Origin: an uncultured Bacteroidota bacterium
Lineage (GTDB): Bacteria; Bacteroidota; Bacteroidia; Bacteroidales; P3
Length of the DNA: 64,000 nt
Assembly (NCBI GenBank): GCA_902784465.1
Contig: CACZUZ010000008.1
Span: forward strand, 2,963-66,962
Direction: 5' to 3'
The position numbers and the translations under genes were made by a program. This document shows, in pieces, positions 52,507 to 61,645 of this stretch. The notes below the pieces were generated by a model, which searched no databases, was not told the origin of the DNA, and saw only the letters and a list, made by a program, of their open reading frames with translations. The number at the start of each line of letters is the position of its first letter. The first letter of the stretch is position 1.

Positions 52507-53046
52507 ATGAAGTATCAAAAAGTATTACTATTATTTTTGGGTGTTGTGGCTCTGGTAGCTTGTGGCCCCACACAGAAGGCGCCGCAAGTAGAAGGGAACT
52601 ACACCTATGAGCACGCCTTTAACTATGATATGGAGGGCAATCATTTCGACGTGAGTGAGACCGGCACGATGGATTTCTATGCCGATGGTACGGCGCTCGA
52701 CTCGGCACGGCAGGTGTATACTGTCACGCTTGCTGACGGCGATACGGTGACGTGGGTGTACAACTACATTAGTCCCAGCCGCTGGCGTGTCGACGGCGAC
52801 ACCCTCTTCTTCGCTGGCGTTAAAGAGGGCTTCCGCATGGAAGTGATCGAGAACGAAAACCAAAACCAAAACGAAAACATAGAATTGGCGCAGAAGATTA
52901 TCGGCATGTATAGCGGCAGCATCGACTACGAGTACAAGTTCCTTATTGACACTCTGACCGCTGAGAAACTGCAGTGGAGTTTCACCTATCGCGACGGCCA
53001 CAGCGACACATGGACATTCTATCGTGAATTGAAAATTGAAAAATGA
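52507..53046 (+). CDS. lipoprotein of unknown function
   Basis: 179 aa with lipobox LVAC. The last codons (..ELKIEK) are encoded by the gaaaattgaaaa word repeat. Confidence 0.55.
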   Translation: MKYQKVLLLFLGVVALVACGPTQKAPQVEGNYTYEHAFNYDMEGNHFDVSETGTMDFYADGTALDSARQVYTVTLADGDTVTWVYNYISPSRWRVDGDTLFFAGVKEGFRMEVIENENQNQNENIELAQKIIGMYSGSIDYEYKFLIDTLTAEKLQWSFTYRDGHSDTWTFYRELKIEK

Positions 53047-53098
53047 GAATTGAAAATTATGAGAAGTGTGTGCTGGGAATAAAAAACAAACGAGAACA

Positions 53099-53578
53099 AT
53101 GAAACTGCTGAAAGAAATACTGGGCTACCTCCTCGGCGGGGTGCTCTTCGTGGGACTGATGCCGACGGTGATGTGGGTGGCGTCGGAGATGCCAGCGATT
53201 GTGCATATCGGAGCCTTGAGGGCCTCCATCACAGGGGTTCTGATGATGGGTGGTCTGGCGCTAAGTGTCTGGACCATCTTCTATATGAAGCGCCGCGGCA
53301 AGGGCAACCCGATGGACGCCTTCGGCCACGAGGTGGCACCGCGCACGCAGCACCTGATGACCGACGGCCCCTATCGCCTGAACCGCAACCCGATGCTCAC
53401 CGGCACGCTGCTCTACCTGGCCGGCGTGGTAGTGTGGCTGTGGACCTGGCAGGCTGCAGCGGTATGGGTGGCCTTCCTGGCGGTGATGCTGGTGCAGGTC
53501 GTCAGCGAGGAGCGCCGCCTGAGCCGCGACTTCGGCGAGGAATACGACGCCTACCGCCGCCGCACCCGCAGGTTTTGA
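53099..53578 (+). CDS. isoprenylcysteine carboxyl methyltransferase (ICMT/PEMT)-family membrane methyltransferase
   Basis: Inner ATG at 53099. It has TM segments plus LMTDGPYRLNRNPMLTG and EE..L...FGEEY..Y..R. Confidence 0.7.
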   Translation: MKLLKEILGYLLGGVLFVGLMPTVMWVASEMPAIVHIGALRASITGVLMMGGLALSVWTIFYMKRRGKGNPMDAFGHEVAPRTQHLMTDGPYRLNRNPMLTGTLLYLAGVVVWLWTWQAAAVWVAFLAVMLVQVVSEERRLSRDFGEEYDAYRRRTRRF

Positions 53579-53617
53579 AACACAAAAACCGAGGGCGCCG
53601 GGACAACTGCCGTGATG

Positions 53618-53648
53618 GCATTTGTCAACTTCCGAAGTTGACAAATGC
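53618..53648. other. 31-nt perfect palindrome (hairpin or operator)
   Basis: In gcatttgtcaacttCcgaagttgacaaatgc, positions i and 32-i are complementary for all 15 pairs. It lies between the ICMT-family gene and the isochorismatase-family gene. Confidence 0.85.
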
Positions 53649-53708
53649 AACTTCGCGGGGATGACAAAACCAACATTGAGGAACTTTGAAAACATTACAG
53701 AGAAAGCA

Positions 53709-54197
53709 ATGAAAAACAAAGCACTAGTCGTTATCGACATACAGAACGACATCACCAAGCACTACCGCGACATCGTCGGCAACATCAACGCCGCCATCGA
53801 ATGGGCTGTGGCCGAGGGGATACATATCGTCTATATCAAGCATAACAACGTCACCGCTGCTACGCGGACATTCAAACCAGGCACTAAAGGCGAGGAGTTG
53901 GCACCTGAGATGAAGGTCGTGTCGGACAATATTTTCGTGAAGACGAAAAGCAATGCCCTTACCAGCGAGGCTTTTTCTGCTTTCATCGCGGCAAACGGCA
54001 TCAATGAGTTCTACGTGGCTGGTGCTGACGCTACGGCCTGCGTGAAATCGACCTGTTTCAACATGGCCAAGGCCGGCTTCACGGTGCATGTCCTCTCCGA
54101 CTGCGTCACCAGCTACGACCTGAAGAAGCTGCCGGAGATGCTTGCCTACTATGAAAGCAAAGGCGGTGAGGTGAAGAAACTTTTAGAATACAAATGA
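53709..54197 (+). CDS. isochorismatase-family cysteine hydrolase
   Basis: Inner ATG at 53709. It has ALVVIDIQND and a GADATACV catalytic Cys context. Confidence 0.8.
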   Translation: MKNKALVVIDIQNDITKHYRDIVGNINAAIEWAVAEGIHIVYIKHNNVTAATRTFKPGTKGEELAPEMKVVSDNIFVKTKSNALTSEAFSAFIAANGINEFYVAGADATACVKSTCFNMAKAGFTVHVLSDCVTSYDLKKLPEMLAYYESKGGEVKKLLEYK

Positions 54198-54409
54198 ATA
54201 TGTGCTATAGAGAAGAGGCCATCGAATGTGTAAAAGATCATGTTCTCCAAATACATAAGCAAATATATGCCAAGTATGAAGGGGATTTTGACAGGATATA
54301 TACGGAAGGGTACAACAGCAAGTCCTATACGGGTAGGGTGATTGAGCCTGGAAAGATTTATGAACTGAGTTATCTCCGAAAAGAGCGAAAAGAGCGAAAA
54401 GGTGTTAAG

Positions 54410-54830
54410 ATGAAACATTTCTTATTGCTACTGTTTCTGATTATCCCAACCCTGCTTTTTGCACAGCAAAAAGAGAAATATGGTGCATGCATGATACGTA
54501 ATGACTCCGTTAGTGGCATTAACGAAAAGGAGCGTTTTGCCATGCACAGCGTGATGAAGTTCCCGCAAGCTTTATACGTCGCCGATTACCTGAGTCGGAA
54601 AGGACTGGCTCTTGATGACACGATCGTTGTCGATAAGACTGATTTGATGCAAGACACATGGTCGCCAATGCTGAAACAGTTTGAAGGCAAAATGGCCTTT
54701 TCGTATGCGGAACTGCTGGAGTTGTCTCTCGGACAGAGCGACAACAATGCCTGCGAACTCCTTTTCAAGTATTGCGGCAAGCCAAAAGCGGTTGAGAAGT
54801 ACATGAGAAAACTGGCATCGTCTTCAGTTC
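54410..54830 (+). pseudogene. truncated class A (CfxA-like) beta-lactamase
   Basis: It has signal peptide MKHFLLLLFLIIPTLLFAQ, an S-x-x-K motif in FAMHSVMKF, TWSPMLK and an SDN motif in GQSDNNACELLF. Homology stops around aa 140 and no KTG box follows. Confidence 0.65.
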
Positions 54831-54839
54831 AGTCAGGCT

Positions 54840-55076
54840 ATGGATGTGGCTCCAACTACAGAAATCAGGAAGAATCCCAAAAGACAGCTTCGCGAAGCCA
54901 AGAAACAGATGCAGTTACGGGGCATTGGAACTAAGTCGCAACAAGCCCTGAAACTGCAACAGGAACAGAACAAGATGGAGCGAAAACAGCAATCAAAAGC
55001 AGAACGCGAAGCCGAAAAGCAACGCCAGTTTGACCTGCGCCAAGCCAAAAAGAAAGAGAAACATAAAGGACATTGA
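54840..55076 (+). pseudogene. possible C-terminal fragment of a DUF2992/YjdF-like gene
   Basis: The 78-aa ORF ends with a highly basic KQ/KE-rich tail ..RQAKKKEKHKGH, reminiscent of DUF2992 C-termini. The N-terminal part is absent. The call is from memory only. Confidence 0.3.
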
Positions 55077-55078
55077 AT

Positions 55079-55567
55079 ATGACAATTGTATTAAACACTT
55101 TAGAAAACTTTGATGCCTCTGAACATATCAGCACCCTGATTAATGATGCTGATATGGAGGTTGTCAATACCTCTGGCATGAAGATATCGCATTGCATGGG
55201 CTGCAACCTGTGCTGGCTGAAAACGCCGGGAATCTGCGCCATCAAGGATGACTATGAGAACATAATCAAGAAACTGGTGGGCGCGGAGAATCTGTGGCTG
55301 GTTTCGGATACACGCTTTGGATTCGTGGACTGGCGCGGCAAGCGGGTGATGGACCGCATTGTGCCGATGCTGAATATGTATGTGGAGTTCCGTGACGGCT
55401 TGGAGCGTCACGAGCTGCGTTACCATCCGCTGAACTTCGGCCTTCTGTACAAAGGCAAGGCCGACCAGGATTTTCTCGAAGAATGGAGCCGTCGCGTGGC
55501 TTCAAACCTCGCCGGGCAGTCGCTGGGTGTCTATAATATTGGAAAGGAGAATAAGCCATGCATGTAG
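55079..55567 (+). CDS. flavodoxin-fold / NAD(P)H-dependent oxidoreductase-like protein
   Basis: The first ATG is at 55079; the track start at 55073 is TTG. It has the Cys motif CMGCNLCWLKTPGIC. It overlaps the next gene by 10 nt. Confidence 0.55.
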   Translation: MTIVLNTLENFDASEHISTLINDADMEVVNTSGMKISHCMGCNLCWLKTPGICAIKDDYENIIKKLVGAENLWLVSDTRFGFVDWRGKRVMDRIVPMLNMYVEFRDGLERHELRYHPLNFGLLYKGKADQDFLEEWSRRVASNLAGQSLGVYNIGKENKPCM

Positions 55568-56238
55568 TCATTATCAACGGAAGTCCGCGTGTGCAAAAGT
55601 TCAGCAATACGGACAAGATTATCCAGTCGTTTGTCAAAGGGCTCCAAGTATCTGGTTCCACGTATGAACTCTATTCCCTGTCGAACCGCAAGGAATGGGA
55701 TGCTGCAAGTGAGGCATTCAGCAGTCACGATCAGATTATCTTTGCTTTGCCACTTTTTGTGGAGTGCGTGCCCAGTATCATGTTAGAGTTCTTAGAGACA
55801 TTGCCAACAGAGCGTCAGCAGCCAGCGCAGATGTCGTTCATCCTGCATGGAGGCTTCGACGAAGGGCATCAACTGCGTCTTTGCGAGCGGTTCTTGCAGT
55901 CGCTCCCGGCCCAGTTAGGCTGTACCTATGGCGGTTGTCTGGTTCAAGGTGGTAGTTTCCTGATTCGTATGCGTGACGATGAGAGGATGAAGAAGGCGAT
56001 GACCAAGAAATTGGATGCTTTCTCCAAGATGGGCGAGTCCTTTGCCGCTCATGGCAACTTCCTAACTCCCGAAGCCCGCAAATTCACCGGCCCCGAGAAG
56101 AACCCCAAGATTGTCCATCTGCTGTTCCGCCTCTTCATCAAGCGCCTTGTCCGCAAGAACTTCGAACATTTCGCCCAGCAATGGGGCTGCACCCGTCCGC
56201 TGGATGATAAACCGAATTCAATTGAAGAAAAACGTTAA
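55558..56238 (+). CDS. flavodoxin-fold NAD(P)H-dependent oxidoreductase-like protein
   Basis: 226 aa. The N-terminus MHVVIINGSPR is typical of FMN-reductase/flavodoxin-like folds. Confidence 0.6.
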   Translation: MHVVIINGSPRVQKFSNTDKIIQSFVKGLQVSGSTYELYSLSNRKEWDAASEAFSSHDQIIFALPLFVECVPSIMLEFLETLPTERQQPAQMSFILHGGFDEGHQLRLCERFLQSLPAQLGCTYGGCLVQGGSFLIRMRDDERMKKAMTKKLDAFSKMGESFAAHGNFLTPEARKFTGPEKNPKIVHLLFRLFIKRLVRKNFEHFAQQWGCTRPLDDKPNSIEEKR

Positions 56239-56278
56239 AGTTTGTTAAAGTCCTTGACTCGTCCCTTGGGTCATGCAT

Positions 56279-56286
56279 TAACTTTG
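56279..56286 (+). promoter_or_regulatory. candidate -7 promoter box (TAnnTTTG) for the MerR-family gene
   Basis: TAACTTTG lies 34 nt upstream of ATG 56320. A TTGACT hexamer sits at 56254..56259. Confidence 0.3.
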
Positions 56287-56319
56287 CAGCCGATATCAAA
56301 CAAGCATTATTATCGTACG

Positions 56320-57147
56320 ATGATGATTTACAAGCAAAAATTAACAATCGGAGAGTTCTCAAAGTTGATGCAGACGACAGTAAAGACCTTACGCCACTAT
56401 GAACAAAAGGGGCTGTTGCTGCCCAACGAGGTGGACGAGTGGACGGGCTACCGCTACTACAGCATCGACCAGATGCAACGGCTGCAAAGCATCCGTGACC
56501 TGCAGCGTCTCGGCTTCTCGCTGGAAGAAATCAAGGACTTGCTGGACGATGACTCGTCCACACCCAGCATCCGGCAGATGGACGAGAAAATCAGCGAGAC
56601 GGAACGACAGTTACGGCAGCTGGTTGCCCGCCGCGAAAAGCTGCTCAGCTGGAGGGACTCCCGCAAACAAATCACAACAATGGAAAAGTTTAGCATTCAA
56701 AGCCTCCCGTCAATCATCGTTGCCTCGCACCGCGAGGTCATCCCCAACTACGCCGCCATCGGCCCGATGTGTGTCGAGAAAATCGGCCCCGAGATGCAGC
56801 GTCTCGGCTGCAAGTGTCCGCCACCGGGCTACTGTTTTACCGTCGAGCACAACAAAGAGTACACGCCGACGGACATCGACATCGAGTATTGCGAACAGGT
56901 GGAGGAGATGGGCGAGGATAGCGCCATTATCCAGTTCAAGCGGTTGCCCGAGGTGTCCAAGGCGCTCTGCGTGAAGCATGTCGGTCCCTACGAGCGATTT
57001 TACGAGTCGTACACCGAGGCCTTCCGCTATATCGAGGAACACGGCTACCGTGTCGTCGGCCAGCACCGCACAAGCTATATCGACGGCATCTGGAACCAGA
57101 AAGACCCGGAAAAATGGTTATCTATTATTCAGATACCTATAGCGTAA
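56320..57147 (+). CDS. MerR-family transcriptional regulator with GyrI-like effector-binding domain (BmrR-type)
   Basis: Inner ATG at 56320. The MerR HTH is LTIGEFSKLMQTTVKTLRHYEQKGLL.P......GYRYYS..Q...L..I..L...GFSLEEIK. A coiled coil follows, then a C-terminal GyrI-like half. Confidence 0.85.
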   Translation: MMIYKQKLTIGEFSKLMQTTVKTLRHYEQKGLLLPNEVDEWTGYRYYSIDQMQRLQSIRDLQRLGFSLEEIKDLLDDDSSTPSIRQMDEKISETERQLRQLVARREKLLSWRDSRKQITTMEKFSIQSLPSIIVASHREVIPNYAAIGPMCVEKIGPEMQRLGCKCPPPGYCFTVEHNKEYTPTDIDIEYCEQVEEMGEDSAIIQFKRLPEVSKALCVKHVGPYERFYESYTEAFRYIEEHGYRVVGQHRTSYIDGIWNQKDPEKWLSIIQIPIA

Positions 57148-57154
57148 GTGACAC

Positions 57155-57196
57155 AAAAAGAACGCAGTCCCATAAATGAGACTGCGTTCTTTTTTT
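57155..57196. terminator. bidirectional terminator between the MerR-family gene and rplQ
   Basis: aaaaagaacgcagtc (57155..57169) pairs with gactgcgttcttttt (57180..57194). It is flanked by an A-run and a T-run. Confidence 0.7.
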
Positions 57197-57241
57197 AAGT
57201 AAAGTTTATGTGTAAGCAACTTGCTTGAATGCGTGAGTAAC

Positions 57242-57742
57242 TTACTCGGCCTTGGGTTCCTCAGCAGCAGGAGCCTCTGCAACGAGAGCCTCAGCAGCAG
57301 GAGCGGCCTCTTCAGCCTTCTTGCCACCACGGCTACGGCGGGTGGTCTTGGCCTTCTTGGTCTTGGCCTCTTTCAGCATGTTCTCGTTGTAGTCGACCAG
57401 CTCGATGATAGCCATCTCAGAGTTGTCACCCTTGCGGATGCCAGTCTTGAGGATGCGGGTGTAGCCACCAGGGCGGTTGACGATTTTCTGCGAAATCTCG
57501 CGGAAAAGTTCGTTGACGGCGTCTTTGCTATGGAGATAGCTGAAGACGATACGGCGGTTGTGGGTCGAATCCTCTTTCGAGCGATTGATCAGCGGTTCGA
57601 CATATACTCTTAAAGCCTTGGCCTTTGCCAGGGTGGTCTCCACTCTCTTATGCATTATCAAAGACGTGGCCATATTGGACATCATCGCAACGCGGTGCGA
57701 ATGAGTTCTTGACAGATGATTTACTTTGCAACCGTGTCTCAT
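57242..57742 (-). CDS. rplQ: 50S ribosomal protein L17 (with Ala/Glu/Lys-rich C-terminal extension)
   Basis: It has MRHG.K.NHLSRT.SHR.AM.SNM and AKALR.YVEPLI..SKED. It is the last gene of the alpha operon. Confidence 0.93.
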   Translation of the reverse strand: MRHGCKVNHLSRTHSHRVAMMSNMATSLIMHKRVETTLAKAKALRVYVEPLINRSKEDSTHNRRIVFSYLHSKDAVNELFREISQKIVNRPGGYTRILKTGIRKGDNSEMAIIELVDYNENMLKEAKTKKAKTTRRSRGGKKAEEAAPAAEALVAEAPAAEEPKAE

Positions 57743-57748
57743 AGTTGA

Positions 57749-58741
57749 TTATTCTTTATCTAATTTATACTTTGAAATGTTCATGCCGAAATCCAGGTTC
57801 TTGGAAGCCACGAGGTTTTCGAGCTCGATAAGGGACTTCTTGCCAAAATTTCTGAATTTCAACAAATCAGCTTTATTATAAGAAACCAGATCACCCAGAG
57901 TCTCGACCTCAGCGGCCTTGAGGCAGTTGAGGGCGCGAACCGAAAGGTCAAGGTCAATAAGCTTAGTCTTGAGGAGCTGGCGAGTATGGAGAGTATTCTC
58001 GTCGAATTCCTCAACAACCTGCTTGGGCTCGAGTTCGAGGGAGATGCGCTCATCGCTGAACAGCATAAAATGCTGGATGAGGATGGTGGCAGCCTCTTTG
58101 AGAGCCTCTTTAGGATGAATCGAGCCATCGGTCTGGATGTCGAAGGTGAGTTTCTCATAGTCAGTCTTCTGCTCGACACGGTAGTCGTCGACAGCATACT
58201 GGACGTTCTTTATCGGGGTGTGGATAGAGTCGATAGCGATAACTCCTATGGGGTCGCCAGGTTTCTTGTTCTCGTCAGAGGGGACATAACCACGGCCTTT
58301 TTCGATGGTGAGCTCGATGTTGAGCTTGGTGGTAGGCTCCATGTGGCAAATCTCGACATCAGGATTGAGGACTTGGAAACCCTGGAGGTTTTCGTTAAGG
58401 TCGCCGGCCTTGAGGACGTTTTTGTCTTTGACCTCGAAGCTAATCTTCTCGGAGTCGACATCCTCGACTTGACGGCGGAAACGGATTTGTTTGAGGTTGA
58501 GGATGATGTCGGTCATATCCTCGACCACACCGGGCAAAGAGGAGAACTCATGGTCGACACCGTCGATACGCACAGAGGTGATGGCGAAGCCCTCGAGAGA
58601 GGAGAGCAGTACGCGACGGAGTGCGTTACCGATAGTGATACCATATCCAGGCTCGAGGGGGCGGAATTCGAAGGTCCCTCTGAAGTCGTCAGCCTCAAGC
58701 ATAACGACCTTGTCTGGCTGTTGAAAAGCTAAAATTGACAT
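57749..58741 (-). CDS. rpoA: DNA-directed RNA polymerase subunit alpha
   Basis: 330 aa. It has [11 protein letters not shown] and a C-terminal domain [12 protein letters not shown]...T.GDL. Confidence 0.97.
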   Translation of the reverse strand: MSILAFQQPDKVVMLEADDFRGTFEFRPLEPGYGITIGNALRRVLLSSLEGFAITSVRIDGVDHEFSSLPGVVEDMTDIILNLKQIRFRRQVEDVDSEKISFEVKDKNVLKAGDLNENLQGFQVLNPDVEICHMEPTTKLNIELTIEKGRGYVPSDENKKPGDPIGVIAIDSIHTPIKNVQYAVDDYRVEQKTDYEKLTFDIQTDGSIHPKEALKEAATILIQHFMLFSDERISLELEPKQVVEEFDENTLHTRQLLKTKLIDLDLSVRALNCLKAAEVETLGDLVSYNKADLLKFRNFGKKSLIELENLVASKNLDFGMNISKYKLDKE

Positions 58742-58795
58742 TTACTGATTCCTTTCTTGTTTGAAAAATTATTTTGAGTCACTCCCTTTCAACTA

Positions 58796-59401
58796 CTACT
58801 TGGAGTAGAGTTCGACGATCAACTGCTCGTTGATGGTTTCGGGGATGTCGGCACGCTGCGGGTAGTTCATGAACTTGCCCGACATGAGGTTGCCGTCCCA
58901 CTCGAGCCAAGGATAGTTGTTGGCGCGAGAAGCGAGCGAGTCGGTGATAATCTCCAGCGATTTGGAACGTTCGCGGACGGAGACGATATCACCCTCTTTC
59001 AAAGAATAGGAAGGAACATTAACGACATTGCCGTTGACGGTGATGTGACGGTGAGACACGAGCTGGCGGGCCTGTGCGCGGGTGCGGGCGATGCCAAGAC
59101 GATAGACAACGTTGTCGAGGCGGGACTCGATGAGCTGGAGGAGAACCTCACCAGTGATGCCGCCGCGGCGGGATGCTTCCTGATAGATTTTCACGAACTG
59201 GCGTTCAAGAATGCCATAGGTGTATTTCGCTTTCTGTTTTTCCTGCAACTGGATGCCGTACTCGGAGGTTTTACCACGGCGCTTGTTCTGACCGTGCATA
59301 CCAGGTGCGTAAGGTTTTCTTTCGTAGTTCTTGTCAGGACCGTAGATAGGCTCGTGGAACTTTCTTGCGATTTTGGTTTTAGGACCTGTATATCTTGCCA
59401 T
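58796..59401 (-). CDS. rpsD: 30S ribosomal protein S4
   Basis: 201 aa with [10 protein letters not shown] and an S4 RNA-binding domain. Confidence 0.96.
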   Translation of the reverse strand: MARYTGPKTKIARKFHEPIYGPDKNYERKPYAPGMHGQNKRRGKTSEYGIQLQEKQKAKYTYGILERQFVKIYQEASRRGGITGEVLLQLIESRLDNVVYRLGIARTRAQARQLVSHRHITVNGNVVNVPSYSLKEGDIVSVRERSKSLEIITDSLASRANNYPWLEWDGNLMSGKFMNYPQRADIPETINEQLIVELYSK

Positions 59402-59496
59402 TTTTTACTGATTTTAAATGTTAACTGTGATTTGTGACCAGCTACCGGTGAGTCGAGATGTGTCGCTTCACTATCCGCTGTTCACTGTACACTTAA

Positions 59497-59886
59497 TTAC
59501 ACACGGCGACGTTTTGGGGGGCGGCAACCATTGTGCGGGAGCGGAGTGATGTCGACGATCTCGGTAACCTCGATACCGCAGCCGTTGATTGCACGTATTG
59601 CAGATTCACGTCCTGAACCAGGTCCTTTGACGAAGACCTTGACTTTTCTTAGGCCCAAATCATAAGCAACTTTACCGCAATCTTCCGCAGCCATCTGTGC
59701 AGCATACGGAGTGTTTTTCTTCGATCCGCGGAAGCCCATTTTTCCAGCAGACGACCAAGAAATCACTTGACCGGCATTATTTGTCAACGAAATAATAACG
59801 TTGTTGAAGGATGCGAAAACGCATGCTCTTCCTTGAGGTTCAACTTTTACGACTCTTTTCTTAGTCGGTTTAGAAGTTTTTGCCAT
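59497..59886 (-). CDS. rpsK: 30S ribosomal protein S11
   Basis: 129 aa with F.GS.K.TP.AAQ.AA and GPG.GRE.A.R. Confidence 0.96.
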   Translation of the reverse strand: MAKTSKPTKKRVVKVEPQGRACVFASFNNVIISLTNNAGQVISWSSAGKMGFRGSKKNTPYAAQMAAEDCGKVAYDLGLRKVKVFVKGPGSGRESAIRAINGCGIEVTEIVDITPLPHNGCRPPKRRRV

Positions 59887-59947
59887 AATTTTTTTTACTT
59901 GCTTGATTTTACATTCTTAGGCAGCTATTAGGACTGCCAGAGCTACA

Positions 59948-60325
59948 TTACTTGGTAGCTTTCTTCTTGTTAGCGATAGTTTTCTTCTTACCTTTACGTG
60001 TACGGGCGTTGTTCTTGGTGCTCTGACCGCGGAGGGGCAGACCAAGACGATGGCGAATACCACGATAGCAACCGATATCCATGAGTCGCTTGATGTTCAT
60101 CTGAACCTCGGAGCGAAGAGCACCTTCTACCTTGTACTCATCGTTGATGATGGTACGGAGCTTGTTCTGCTCATCGTCGGTCCAGTCCTGGACCTTCTTG
60201 TTCTCGTCGATACCAGCTTTGGCCAAAATTTCCGAAGAAAGGCTTCTTCCGATTCCGTAGATATAGGTCAGACCTATAACGCCTCTTTTGTTTTTAGGTA
60301 AGTCAATACCTGCAATTCTTGCCAT
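59948..60325 (-). CDS. rpsM: 30S ribosomal protein S13
   Basis: 125 aa. It begins [10 protein letters not shown] and has GLPLRGQ.TK.NART.KG. Confidence 0.96.
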   Translation of the reverse strand: MARIAGIDLPKNKRGVIGLTYIYGIGRSLSSEILAKAGIDENKKVQDWTDDEQNKLRTIINDEYKVEGALRSEVQMNIKRLMDIGCYRGIRHRLGLPLRGQSTKNNARTRKGKKKTIANKKKATK

Positions 60326-60349
60326 AAATTGATAGTTCTTTTTTGTTAA

Positions 60350-60466
60350 TTAGCCCTGTCTTTGTTTGAATTTAGGGTTTTTCTTGTTGATTACATAAAC
60401 GACCCCCTTGCGACGAACGACTTTGCATTCGGGAGATCTTTTCTTAACTGAAACTCTTACTTTCAT
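60350..60466 (-). CDS. rpmJ: 50S ribosomal protein L36
   Basis: The inner ATG gives a 38-aa product, [38 protein letters not shown]. Confidence 0.93.
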   Translation of the reverse strand: MKVRVSVKKRSPECKVVRRKGVVYVINKKNPKFKQRQG

Positions 60467-60620
60467 TGTATAAGGTTGTTTAAAAGGATTAAAAGGATTA
60501 GAAGGTTTTGAAAGGGAAGCAGGCTTTCTAGCCTTCAACACCTTTAAGTCTTTCGAGTGGTTTGTTTATTTGTTGTTTCGCTTTTTCGATGATGGATTGG
60601 TTACAACCAGACAAATAAAC

Positions 60621-60839
60621 TTATTTGTGGCGGTAGGTGATACGTCCTTTGGTGAGGTCGTAGGGAGACATTTCTATCTGGACCTTGTCGCCAGGGAGAA
60701 TCTTGATGTAATGCATCCTCATCTTGCCGGAGATGTGAGCAATGATGACATGGCCATTCTCGAGCTCGACACGGAACATTGCATTCCCCAGCGATTCGAC
60801 AACTGTGCCGTCCAATTGTATAGAAGCTTGTTTTGCCAT
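60621..60839 (-). CDS. infA: translation initiation factor IF-1
   Basis: 72 aa. It has [25 protein letters not shown]...I.I.PGD.V..E.SPYDL.KGRI.YR. Confidence 0.96.
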   Translation of the reverse strand: MAKQASIQLDGTVVESLGNAMFRVELENGHVIIAHISGKMRMHYIKILPGDKVQIEMSPYDLTKGRITYRHK

Positions 60840-60840
60840 A

Positions 60841-61617
60841 CTACCTTTTTAAGATGTTATCAATAAAATCAAAAGTTGTTAAAATCTCAGGACCTTTTGC
60901 ACCCACAGCGACTGTGTGTTCGAAATGGGCGGCAGGTTTCCCGTCCTTGGTGCGGCAAGTCCATCCGTCGGTCTGTGAGAACTTGACATTCTTGGAGCCC
61001 ATGGTAATCATGGGTTCGACGGCGATGACCATGCCTTCCTTGAGGAGGGCGCCGGTGCCAGGCACACCATAGTTGGGGACGTTGGGCGACTCGTGCATCT
61101 TGAAGCCGACGCCATGACCGCACAACTCGCGAACGACACCATAGCCATTCTTCTCGGCATGCGACTGGACGGCGTGTCCGATGTCGCCAATGCGGTTGCC
61201 TGCCTTGCATTTCTCAAGACCCAGATAGAGGCACTCCTTAGTGACCCTCAGCAGTCGCTCCATCTCGGGAGTGACCTGACCCACGGCGAAAGTATAGGCC
61301 GAGTCGGCGACATATCCATCGAGCTCGATGACACAGTCGAGAGAGACATTGTCACCTTCCTTGATGAACAGCTGGCCGGGGATGCCATGAACGACAACAT
61401 CGTTGACCGAAATGCAGAAAGCCGAAGGGAAACCCTCGAAGCCTTTGCAGAGTGGCTTGGCACCGTGGTCGCGGATAAACTGATCGCCGATTTGGTCAAG
61501 AAACTGAGTAGTTACACCAGGACGAATATGGCTACCCACCTCTGCCAAAGTCTGACCGAGGAGGGTAGCTGCTTTACGTATGAGCTCTATTTCTTCTTTA
61601 GTCTTGAGAACGATCAT
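60841..61617 (-). CDS. map: type I methionine aminopeptidase
   Basis: 258 aa with metal ligands in the D...D, HG.GH and E..E contexts (GHGVG, VIAVEPM, FEHTV). Confidence 0.95.
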   Translation of the reverse strand: MIVLKTKEEIELIRKAATLLGQTLAEVGSHIRPGVTTQFLDQIGDQFIRDHGAKPLCKGFEGFPSAFCISVNDVVVHGIPGQLFIKEGDNVSLDCVIELDGYVADSAYTFAVGQVTPEMERLLRVTKECLYLGLEKCKAGNRIGDIGHAVQSHAEKNGYGVVRELCGHGVGFKMHESPNVPNYGVPGTGALLKEGMVIAVEPMITMGSKNVKFSQTDGWTCRTKDGKPAAHFEHTVAVGAKGPEILTTFDFIDNILKR

Positions 61618-61645
61618 TTACTTAACACAATTCACGATTCACGTA

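Noticed and set aside
54194-54409. 72-codon in-frame extension upstream of the beta-lactamase signal peptide
   Set aside because: The signal peptide MKHFLLLLF.. must be N-terminal. The upstream part includes the GAAAAGAGC word repeat and has no recognisable homology. It could be another gene remnant, but this cannot be supported.
56254-56272. Imperfect dyad tgactcgtcccttgggtca as a MerR operator
   Set aside because: Only the outer TGAC/GTCA and a few inner positions are symmetric. The spacing to the TAACTTTG box does not clearly match the 19-bp MerR promoter architecture, and Bacteroidota promoters differ anyway.
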